A stretch of 64,000 bases of DNA from Gemmatimonadales bacterium (GTDB taxonomy: Bacteria > Gemmatimonadota > Gemmatimonadetes > Gemmatimonadales > GWC2-71-9): the NCBI GenBank assembly GCA_036267775.1, contig DATAVM010000108.1, positions 5,845 through 69,844 of the forward strand, read 5' to 3'. This document shows positions 38,141 through 46,352 of this stretch, in pieces. Every line of letters starts with the position of its first letter. Position 1 is the stretch's first letter. The notes under the pieces are model-generated. The model was not told the origin of the DNA. It saw nothing but the letters and a program-made list of their open reading frames with translations, and ran no database searches. A program made the translations under genes and the position numbers.

Positions 38141-41100
38141 TCAGCCCTTGAGCGCCTTGCTCGGCGCCGAGCCCGCAGACAGTGCTTCTGCCACAATCCG
38201 CGCCTGTTCAATCACGTGGGCCGCGTTGTATCCCTCGGACGGCGCCGCGCGTTCCGGCCGTCCCACATAGCGGAGATAGACGCCGGGCGGAAGAATCGGC
38301 GACAGTCGCTGCTCCATGAATGTCCACGGCCCCATGTTGCGCGGCTCTTCCTGCGCCCAGACCACTTCGGTCAGCGACGGATAGCGCGACAACAGGTCGC
38401 GCAGTTCGCGCTCGGGGAACGGATAGAGCTGCTCGACACGCGCGATGGGTGGGCGATCCGCACCGCGCTTCTGCGCTTCGGCGAGCAGATCGTAGTAGAC
38501 CTTGCCGCTACAGAGCAGCAGTGCCCGCGCCGACGCGCGGTCGCCGTTGCTCGATGGATCGTCGATCACCGTGGTAAAGCGGCCGGCAGCAAGGTCTCCC
38601 AGCGATGAGCCAGCGGCAGGCAGCCGCAGCAACGACTTGGGCGTCATCACTACCAGCGGACGCTGCAACGACCAGCGCGCCTGGCGACGCAGCAGATGGA
38701 AGTACTGCGCCGGCGTCGTGCAGTTGACCACCCGCATGTTGCCCTCGGCGGCGGCTTGCAGGAAACGCTCGACGCGGCCGCTGGAGTGTTCGGGGCCACC
38801 GCCTTCATAACCATGCGGCAGCAGTAGCGACAAGCGCGACGCGACGCCCCATTTGCTCAATCCCGACGCGATGAATTGGTCGAGCATCACCTGCGCGCCG
38901 TTCACAAAGTCGCCGTACTGCGCTTCCCAGATGACGAGCGCTTCCGGAGCCGCCATCGCGTAGCCGTACTCAAAGCCGATCGTTGCGTTCTCTGAAAGCG
39001 GCGAGTTGTGCACTTCCAGCGGCGCGAGTGCGCCGGGGAGCGATTGCACCGGCGAAAACGTGCCGGTGCCGCTCACGTCGTGGAGCACCAGATTGCGGTG
39101 CGAAAAGGTCCCGCGTTCGGCGTCCTGGCCGGTGAGACGGATGGGGATGCCGTCCACCAGCAGCGACGCGAACGCGAGCGCTTCGGCATGCCCCCAGTCG
39201 ATTCCCTTCTCCGACGCGATCGCAGCACGCCGCCGCTCCAGCTGGCGCGCGAGCTTGGGATGCGGGTGGAACTCGGCCGGCCACTGCAGCAACTGCTCGT
39301 TGAGCGACGTGAGAATCTCGGCCGTCACGCCGGTGTCGAATTCACCGCTCGCGCCGCCATCGCGACTCGGCGTGGCTTGCGGATCGGTCTGGCCGCGTGA
39401 CGCCTTGAAGTTGGTCTGAATCTCGACGAGACGATTGTAGTTCTTCTCGACCAGCGCATCGGCTTCGCCGGCGGCGATCACGCCGGCCTGCTCCAGCTGC
39501 TGGGCATAGCGTTGCCGGACCGTCGGCATCTCCTTGATCACGGCGTACATCGCAGGCTGCGTGTACGCCGGTTCGTCCGCTTCGTTGTGGCCGTGGCGCC
39601 GGTAGCCGACGAGGTCGATGAGCACATCGTTGTTGAACTTCATCCGGTACGCCATCGCCAATCGCACCGACGCGAGGCATGCGTCGGTGTCGTCGGCGTT
39701 GACGTGGATGATCGGCATGTCAAAGCCTTTGGCCAGGTCGGACGAATAGCGCGTCGAACGGGCGTCGACCGGATCGGTGGTAAAGCCCACCTGATTGTTG
39801 GCGATGAGGTGGACCGTGCCGCCGGTGTTGTAGCCCGGCAGACCACACAGATTGAGCGTTTCCGCCACAACGCCCTGGCCCGGAAATGCCGCGTCGCCGT
39901 GAATCGTCACCGGCAGCGCCGCCGACGGGTCGAGATGCGCATCACGCCCATGTCGATTGGTCTGCTCCGCTCGTGCACGACCGACCACAACCGGATCGAC
40001 AAACTCCAGATGGCTCGGATTGGACAGCAGCGACACAGTGATCGCGCGCCCGGCACGCGTCAGGAAGGCACCCTCGGCGCCGTGATGGTACTTGACGTCG
40101 CCGGTGCCGCCATCGGGTGTGGCGTCGCCCTTGTTGCCCTCGAATTCCGAGAGAATCGTGTCGTACGGCCGGCCCACCGTGTGGGCGAGCACGTTGAGGC
40201 GCCCGCGATGCGCCATGCCGAGCACCACGTCGCGCACGCCACCTTCTGCCGCGAGCTCGATGGCCAGGTCGAGCATCGGAACCATCATGTCGACGCCCTC
40301 GATCGAAAAGCGCTTGGCGCCGAAGTACGCGTTGTGGAGGAATTTCTCGATCCCTTCCACCTGTGTGAGCCGTGTCAACACGGCCTTCGCTTCATCGCCC
40401 GACAGCGTGACGCGATGCTGCCCCGACTCGATCTGTTCGCGCAGCCAGGTCCGGCGCTCGTGCGACGCGATGTGCTCGATCTCATATGCAATCGTGCCGC
40501 AGTAGGTGCTCAAGAGGCGCGGCAGTGCGTCGGCCAGCGTGCTCCCCAGATTGCCCACGCCCAGCACCGCGGCCGGAATCGTTGCCATGATCTCGGGCGT
40601 CAGTCCCACCGACGCGGGGTCGAGCATGGGATCGCCCGGCGGCGGGTTGCCAATCGGATCGAGATGTGCGGCGAGATGACCGTGCGTGCGAATGGTGTGC
40701 ACCAGATTCATCGCCGCCGCCACCTGATTCAACTCCGCGCCGCCGAGCGATGCGCGTGGCGTGGTGCTGACGGCCGCTGTCGTTGCGGTGCTCGCCGATG
40801 CGACAGGCGCGCCAAGGCCGAGCGCGGCGGCGATCTTTTCGTAGAACTGATGCTCGCCCTGCAGGAGCTGGTCGACGAGCCGCAGAAAGCTCCCCGATTC
40901 GGCACCCTGAATCACGCGATGATCGTAGGTGCTGGTCATCGTCATCACTTTGGCGAGGCCGAGCTGGCGGATCGTGTCGGCGCTCACCGACGCGAACTCC
41001 GGTGGATAGGCGATCGCGCCGGTCGCGATGATCGTCCCCTGGCCTGGCATCAGTCGCGGCACCGATGCGCTTGTCCCCAGGCCGCCGGGATTGGTCAGCG

Positions 41101-41740
41101 TTATGGTGGCGCCGGCAAAGTCGTCGGGCATCAGCTTGTTGTGGCGAGCCTTGTCGACCAGGCCTTCGTAGGCCGCGAGGAACTGCGCAAAATCCAGGGT
41201 GTCGGCCTGCTTGACGACGGGCACCACCAGGCCGCGGGTGCCGTCCTTCCGCTCCACATCGACCGCCAGGCCCAGGCTGGTGTGCTCCGGGACGGTCTTA
41301 TAGGTGTCGGCGCCGCTCTTGAGCACGCTGGTGCCCATCACCGGGAACTCGCGGCACCCTTCGACGAGTGCCCACGCGATCAGGTGCGTGAAAGAGAGCT
41401 TTTCTGTGCGACCGGAGCTTTTGAGCGCAGCGTTGAGCTCGCCCCGACGCGCTTCGAGTGTGCGGACAGGCAGCTCGCGGACGGTGGTCGCCACCGGGAG
41501 TGCCAGCGAGGCGTCCATGTTCTGGGCGAGCCGCAAGGCTGGGCCCTTGAGCAAGACTGCGTTGGCCGGGACCGCGACGCTCGGGGCCGAGACGGCGGCC
41601 GGCGCCGACGGGCCGCTGGCGGATCGGGCAGCCTCGAACGGAACGGGGGCCTGCTCATCAAGCAACGCCGCGTACATGACTTCGGCCGGAAGGCCGACTT
41701 CCGGCTGCTCGGAATTCGTCGGAACCACGTGGAACTCCAC
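38141..41740 (-). CDS. odhA: Fused 2-oxoglutarate dehydrogenase E1 with N-terminal E2-type succinyltransferase domain (OdhA/Kgd type)
   Basis: 1199 aa. The N-terminal third carries the acyltransferase catalytic motif TSTYDHRVIQGAESGSFL and no lipoyl domain. The remainder is SucA-like (GMAHRGRLNVLAHTVG, ThDP site GDAAFPGQGVVAETLN, HGHNEADEP, LLPHGYEGGGPEHSS). Confidence 0.9.
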   Translation of the reverse strand: MEFHVVPTNSEQPEVGLPAEVMYAALLDEQAPVPFEAARSASGPSAPAAVSAPSVAVPANAVLLKGPALRLAQNMDASLALPVATTVRELPVRTLEARRGELNAALKSSGRTEKLSFTHLIAWALVEGCREFPVMGTSVLKSGADTYKTVPEHTSLGLAVDVERKDGTRGLVVPVVKQADTLDFAQFLAAYEGLVDKARHNKLMPDDFAGATITLTNPGGLGTSASVPRLMPGQGTIIATGAIAYPPEFASVSADTIRQLGLAKVMTMTSTYDHRVIQGAESGSFLRLVDQLLQGEHQFYEKIAAALGLGAPVASASTATTAAVSTTPRASLGGAELNQVAAAMNLVHTIRTHGHLAAHLDPIGNPPPGDPMLDPASVGLTPEIMATIPAAVLGVGNLGSTLADALPRLLSTYCGTIAYEIEHIASHERRTWLREQIESGQHRVTLSGDEAKAVLTRLTQVEGIEKFLHNAYFGAKRFSIEGVDMMVPMLDLAIELAAEGGVRDVVLGMAHRGRLNVLAHTVGRPYDTILSEFEGNKGDATPDGGTGDVKYHHGAEGAFLTRAGRAITVSLLSNPSHLEFVDPVVVGRARAEQTNRHGRDAHLDPSAALPVTIHGDAAFPGQGVVAETLNLCGLPGYNTGGTVHLIANNQVGFTTDPVDARSTRYSSDLAKGFDMPIIHVNADDTDACLASVRLAMAYRMKFNNDVLIDLVGYRRHGHNEADEPAYTQPAMYAVIKEMPTVRQRYAQQLEQAGVIAAGEADALVEKNYNRLVEIQTNFKASRGQTDPQATPSRDGGASGEFDTGVTAEILTSLNEQLLQWPAEFHPHPKLARQLERRRAAIASEKGIDWGHAEALAFASLLVDGIPIRLTGQDAERGTFSHRNLVLHDVSGTGTFSPVQSLPGALAPLEVHNSPLSENATIGFEYGYAMAAPEALVIWEAQYGDFVNGAQVMLDQFIASGLSKWGVASRLSLLLPHGYEGGGPEHSSGRVERFLQAAAEGNMRVVNCTTPAQYFHLLRRQARWSLQRPLVVMTPKSLLRLPAAGSSLGDLAAGRFTTVIDDPSSNGDRASARALLLCSGKVYYDLLAEAQKRGADRPPIARVEQLYPFPERELRDLLSRYPSLTEVVWAQEEPRNMGPWTFMEQRLSPILPPGVYLRYVGRPERAAPSEGYNAAHVIEQARIVAEALSAGSAPSKALKG

Positions 41741-41825
41741 CCGTTGGAATCAGCGGAAAGATAGTCCTGCCCTGCATCAGTCCGGGCGCTCCGGTGGACG
41801 GGTGGGAACCCCTTACCTTTTCCCC

Positions 41826-43124
41826 ATGCTCACCCCTCCGCCGGGTCGCCGCGCCGTGGTGGTCGCCGGCCTCCGGACCCCGTTTGCCAAGGCGGGAACG
41901 GTCCTCAAGGACGTGACGGCCGTGGAACTCGCCCGCCATTGTGCCCGCGAGCTGCTGTATCGCACTGAATTGCCGGGCGATGAAATCGACGAAGTGATCT
42001 TTGGCCAGGTGATCTCCTCGCCGCTGGTGCCGAATGTGGCGCGGGAGGTCTCGCTCCTGCCGCAGTTGCCGCGGACGGTGCCGGCGTACACGCTCAATCG
42101 CGCCTGCGCGTCGGGGGCGCAGGCCGTCACGAATGCCGCGGACCAGATCATGGCGGGGCATGCTGATGTGATCCTCGCCGGCGGTGTCGAATCGCTGTCC
42201 GACGTGCCGATCCTCCACACGCGCCGCATGGCGCAGATCCTGGCCACGGCCAGTCGCGCCAAGTCGCTGAGCGGGCGTCTCTCCGAGTTTGCGAAAATTC
42301 GTCCACGCGATTTGCGCCCGGTATCGCCGGCAATCGCGGAGCCGAGTACCGGGGAGTCGATGGGAGAGTCGGCGGAGAAGATGGCCAAGGAGAACGGGAT
42401 TACGCGCGAGGCGCAGGACGAGATCGCGCTGATGAGTCATCAGCGCGCGGCCGCGGCAACCGCGGACGGGCGGCTGACCGCGGAAATTGCGCCGTGGTTT
42501 GGCGGACGCAGCATGGACGATGTGATCGTCAGCGACAATCTCATTCGCGCCGACACGTCCCTCGACGCGCTCGCGCGGCTCAAGCCGGTGTTCGATCGCA
42601 CGTACGGCAGCGTCACCGCGGGCAACTCATCGCCACTCACCGACGGTGCATCGGCCACACTGCTGATGAGCGAGGAGAAGGCCCGCGCGCTGGGTTACCG
42701 GCCGCTCACGGCGATCAGGTCATACGCGGTCGCCGCCGTCGATCCCGGTTGGCAGCTGCTCATGGGACCAGCGTACGCGGTGCCGCTGGCACTCAAGCGC
42801 GCCGGCATTACCTGGCAGCAGCTCGGCCTCGTGGAAATTCACGAGGCGTTTGCAGCCCAGGTTCTCTCGAATGTCCAGGCCTGGAGCTCGCCCGCGTGGG
42901 CGCAACGACTGGGACTGCCGGCACCGGTGGGCGAAGTGGACTGGAACAGGACCAATGTGATGGGCGGCTCGATCGCCGTTGGCCACCCCTTCGGTGCGAC
43001 TGGCTCACGTCTGGTAACGACGCTCTCCAACGAGATGGCGCGGCGTGACGTGCAATTCGGATTGATCTCGATCTGTGCACAGGGCGGGATGGGCTTTGCC
43101 ATGGTGCTGGAGCGGGTCGCATGA
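41826..43124 (+). CDS. fadI: 3-ketoacyl-CoA thiolase (beta subunit of fatty-acid oxidation complex)
   Basis: The true ATG is at 41826 inside track ORF 41304..43124. Active-site Cys NRACASGAQAV. C-terminal GGSIAVGHPFGATGSRL and ICAQGGMG. 432 aa, in thiolase-first gene order as in fadIJ. Confidence 0.9.
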   Translation: MLTPPPGRRAVVVAGLRTPFAKAGTVLKDVTAVELARHCARELLYRTELPGDEIDEVIFGQVISSPLVPNVAREVSLLPQLPRTVPAYTLNRACASGAQAVTNAADQIMAGHADVILAGGVESLSDVPILHTRRMAQILATASRAKSLSGRLSEFAKIRPRDLRPVSPAIAEPSTGESMGESAEKMAKENGITREAQDEIALMSHQRAAAATADGRLTAEIAPWFGGRSMDDVIVSDNLIRADTSLDALARLKPVFDRTYGSVTAGNSSPLTDGASATLLMSEEKARALGYRPLTAIRSYAVAAVDPGWQLLMGPAYAVPLALKRAGITWQQLGLVEIHEAFAAQVLSNVQAWSSPAWAQRLGLPAPVGEVDWNRTNVMGGSIAVGHPFGATGSRLVTTLSNEMARRDVQFGLISICAQGGMGFAMVLERVA

Positions 43125-45262
43125 GCGCGTTTGCCACCGTTCAGCGCGGCGCTGTTGCGGTCGTCACCTTCGACACGCCCGGCCAGTCCATCAATACGTT
43201 CAGCAAGGCGATCGGCTGGGAGCTCGACGAGCTGTTGCAGCGGCTCGAGGGCGATGAGGTGGTGAAAGCGATCGTGCTACGGTCGGGCAAGCCCGACAAC
43301 TTCATCGCCGGCGCGGACATCGGCGAATTCGTGGCGCTCCGCTCGGTCGAGGAGGCCGTGCGCCTCTCGCGCGACGGCCAGTTGCTCACACAGCGTGTCG
43401 CGGATTTTCCCAAGCCGATCGTCGCCGCGATTCACGGCAGCTGCCTCGGCGGCGGCCTCGAGCTCGCACTCGCGTGCCGCTATCGCGTCGCCAGCGATCA
43501 TCTCCGCACACAGCTCGGCTTTCCCGAAACGCAGCTCGGTGTGATTCCCGGGATGGGTGGCTCGGTGCGGCTGCCCCGCTTGATCGGTGCCCGCGCAGCG
43601 CTCGACATGATTCTCACCGCGCGCAACGAACGGCCGCGGAAAGCCCTTCAGCTTGGGCTGGTCGACGAGGTGGTGCCGGAGTCGATCCTGCTGGATATCG
43701 CGCTGGCAGCGGCCGAGCGTCTGGCGCGTGATTGGAAGCCGGTGCGCAAGGGCCGCGGCGTTTCGGGCGCGCTGCTCGATGGCAATCCGCTCGGTCGGAT
43801 GCTCGTGTATCGCAAGGCGCGCGAGGAAGTGGAACGGAAGACGCACGGCAACTATCCGGCGCAACCGCGGGCGATCGAAGTGGTACGCGTCGGACTCGAT
43901 GGCGGCATGTCGAACGGACTCGCCGCAGAGGCGCAGGCCTTTGGCGAACTCGCCATGACTGATGTGTCGCGCCGCCTGGTGGAGATCTTCTTTGCCACGA
44001 CCGAACTCAAGCGCGACGACGGCGTGGGCGGCACACCGGTGCGGGTGAAGCCGGTGCGCAGGCTGGGCGTGGTCGGCAGCGGCTTCATGGGATCGGGGAT
44101 CGCCGGCACCGCGGTGCTGCAAGCCGGCGTCGAAGTGCGCCTCAAGGATGCCGATCTTGCCAAGGTGGGCAGAGGCCTCAAGACCGCGATCGATATTCTC
44201 ACCGCACAGCTCACCAAACGACGCCTCACGCGACCGGAATACGACCGCAAGCGGGGCTATCTCACTGGCTCGGGCACGCTTGATGGTTTTGCCGGTGCGG
44301 ATCTCGTGGTCGAAGCGGTCTTTGAAGAGCTGAGCGTCAAGCACCAGGTCTTTGCGGAACTCGAGAGCGTTGTGTCGCCAACGGCGGTACTTGCGACGAA
44401 TACGTCGACGCTCCCGGTGCACGAGATCGCGACCGCCGCGGGTCATCCCGAACGCATTCTCGGCATGCATTTCTTTTCGCCCGTCGACAAGATGCCGTTG
44501 CTCGAGGTGATTCCGACCGACCGCACCTCGGCCGAGGCGATCGTCACGGCGGTGCAATTCGGCCGGCGGATGGGAAAGACCGTGATCGTGGTGGCCGATT
44601 CGCCGGGCTTCTGGGTGAACCGGATTCTTCTGCCATACTTGAACGAAGCGGGGTTTCTGCTCGAAGAAGGCGTTGCAATCGAGACGATCGACGAGATCAT
44701 GGTGCAATGGGGATTTCCAGTGGGGCCCGTCGCGCTGATGGATGAAGTGGGTCTCGATGTCGCCGAAAAGGCCGGCAAGGTGATGCAGCAATCCCTGGGC
44801 GACCGACTCACGCCGTCGCGCGTGATTGCGGCACTACGCGCGGACAACCGGCTGGGGCGGAAGAACGGTCGCGGCTTCTATCAGTATCGCGATGGCCACA
44901 AGACCAGCCCGGACAACAGTGTGTTTGCGTTGCTGGGCGTACATCCCGCCAAGGGCGACGCCGACCGGCAGCGGATCGAGGACCGGTTGGTGCTCGCCAT
45001 GCTCAATGAAGCGGCACTTGCAGCGAGCGAAGGCGTCGTCCGCGCGCCGCGCGATGGCGACATCGGGGCGCTGTTCGGTATTGGCTTTCCCGCCTTCCGT
45101 GGCGGTCCGCTGCGGGCAATCGATGCGATCGGCGCCACGGAAGTGGTCGGTCGGCTCGAACGGCTGGTGGTAGCGGTCGGTCCACGCTTCGCGCCCGCAC
45201 CGGTGCTCGAAGAGATGGCGCGGACCGGCCAGCGCTGGTATCCATTGCCGGGCAACCGTTGA
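43121..45262 (+). CDS. fadJ: Fatty-acid oxidation complex alpha subunit (enoyl-CoA hydratase / 3-hydroxyacyl-CoA dehydrogenase)
   Basis: ATGA overlap with the thiolase. Crotonase domain FIAGADIGEF ... AAIHGSCLGGGLELALAC. NAD-binding VGVVGSGFMGSGIAG. 713 aa. Confidence 0.9.
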   Translation: MSAFATVQRGAVAVVTFDTPGQSINTFSKAIGWELDELLQRLEGDEVVKAIVLRSGKPDNFIAGADIGEFVALRSVEEAVRLSRDGQLLTQRVADFPKPIVAAIHGSCLGGGLELALACRYRVASDHLRTQLGFPETQLGVIPGMGGSVRLPRLIGARAALDMILTARNERPRKALQLGLVDEVVPESILLDIALAAAERLARDWKPVRKGRGVSGALLDGNPLGRMLVYRKAREEVERKTHGNYPAQPRAIEVVRVGLDGGMSNGLAAEAQAFGELAMTDVSRRLVEIFFATTELKRDDGVGGTPVRVKPVRRLGVVGSGFMGSGIAGTAVLQAGVEVRLKDADLAKVGRGLKTAIDILTAQLTKRRLTRPEYDRKRGYLTGSGTLDGFAGADLVVEAVFEELSVKHQVFAELESVVSPTAVLATNTSTLPVHEIATAAGHPERILGMHFFSPVDKMPLLEVIPTDRTSAEAIVTAVQFGRRMGKTVIVVADSPGFWVNRILLPYLNEAGFLLEEGVAIETIDEIMVQWGFPVGPVALMDEVGLDVAEKAGKVMQQSLGDRLTPSRVIAALRADNRLGRKNGRGFYQYRDGHKTSPDNSVFALLGVHPAKGDADRQRIEDRLVLAMLNEAALAASEGVVRAPRDGDIGALFGIGFPAFRGGPLRAIDAIGATEVVGRLERLVVAVGPRFAPAPVLEEMARTGQRWYPLPGNR

Positions 45263-46245
45263 ACAGCGCGCGCCGCCGAGCGCTCGCGGCGTTTGCGATC
45301 GCCGCGGTGTGGATCTGGTGGCATGCGCGCGCGGGCGGCTTCTACTTCATTGTCGGGATGGAAGGCGAGGCTTCCGCCAATCTCGGCCCGATTCTTCCAG
45401 CGTTCTGCGCGGGACTGAGTGCCGCGCCTGCACTGCTCATTGCCAATGCGACCGCTGGTGCAATTGCCGGGGTTCTTGCGGCCATGGTGCTGGTGCTTCT
45501 TCCGGGATTTCTGTCGCTGCATCTCGAATCACTGGTCGGCCCGCCACTCCTGGCACTCACGCTGTTCATGCTCGCGGTGATGATCAACGCGCCGCGTTTC
45601 TCGCTGGCTTACGGCACGCTCGCTGCGACGGCCGCGGCATTTGTGTCGCCGCAGGCGATCGGTCTGCCGGTGGGTGCGGCGGTCTGGGCCTTCGTGCAGC
45701 GTGCGCAACCCACCAGCATGCGTCGTCGTGCCGGACTCGCATTGTTGCCACTGGTCGCGGCCGTCGTGCTGTTGCGCTTCAACGCCGACCGCTGGCTGGG
45801 CGGCAGCGCTCTGGGGTGGCGCGGCGAACTCGATAGAGTGTTTCGAGCAGCCGGAACCATCATCGGCAATCAGCTCGTGCCGGGGGTGACGCATGCAACG
45901 GTGCGCTTCTTTGGCATTGCCGATCTCGCGCTACTGGCGATCGCGGTGGTCGTGGTCGCGTGGCGCCGTGTGGCGCGGGCGGTGCCGGACACCGCGCTGC
46001 TACGGCGGCTCTATCCCGCGGCGGGTGTGCTGGCGCTCTTCTATGCAATTGGTCTGGCCATTCGCACGTTGCTCGTGCGCGGAGCACCGGTCCCCGATCT
46101 CGTGTCGGTGATCCCGCTGGCGGCCGTGTCTGTGGTCGTCATCATGACAAGCGTCGTGACGCTCTGGCCCATGTGGCCGCGGTGGGGCAAGGCGCTCGCT
46201 TTTGTGATGATTGCCGGCTGGCTGCAGGCGGCGATCAGGGCGTAG
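45259..46245 (+). CDS. Hypothetical polytopic membrane protein
   Basis: The TTG start overlaps the fadJ stop (TTGA). About 9 Ala/Leu/Val-rich TM helices. I recognise no motif. Confidence 0.5.
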   Translation: MNSARRRALAAFAIAAVWIWWHARAGGFYFIVGMEGEASANLGPILPAFCAGLSAAPALLIANATAGAIAGVLAAMVLVLLPGFLSLHLESLVGPPLLALTLFMLAVMINAPRFSLAYGTLAATAAAFVSPQAIGLPVGAAVWAFVQRAQPTSMRRRAGLALLPLVAAVVLLRFNADRWLGGSALGWRGELDRVFRAAGTIIGNQLVPGVTHATVRFFGIADLALLAIAVVVVAWRRVARAVPDTALLRRLYPAAGVLALFYAIGLAIRTLLVRGAPVPDLVSVIPLAAVSVVVIMTSVVTLWPMWPRWGKALAFVMIAGWLQAAIRA

Positions 46246-46352
46246 GGCCGGGGCTTGGGACCTGCGGCCCGGGGCCTAAGTTCGCGTGACCGCGTTCCCT
46301 TCGGCGCAGATCAGCGCCACTCCACCACACCACTCCCCGCTCGTTTCCCGCC

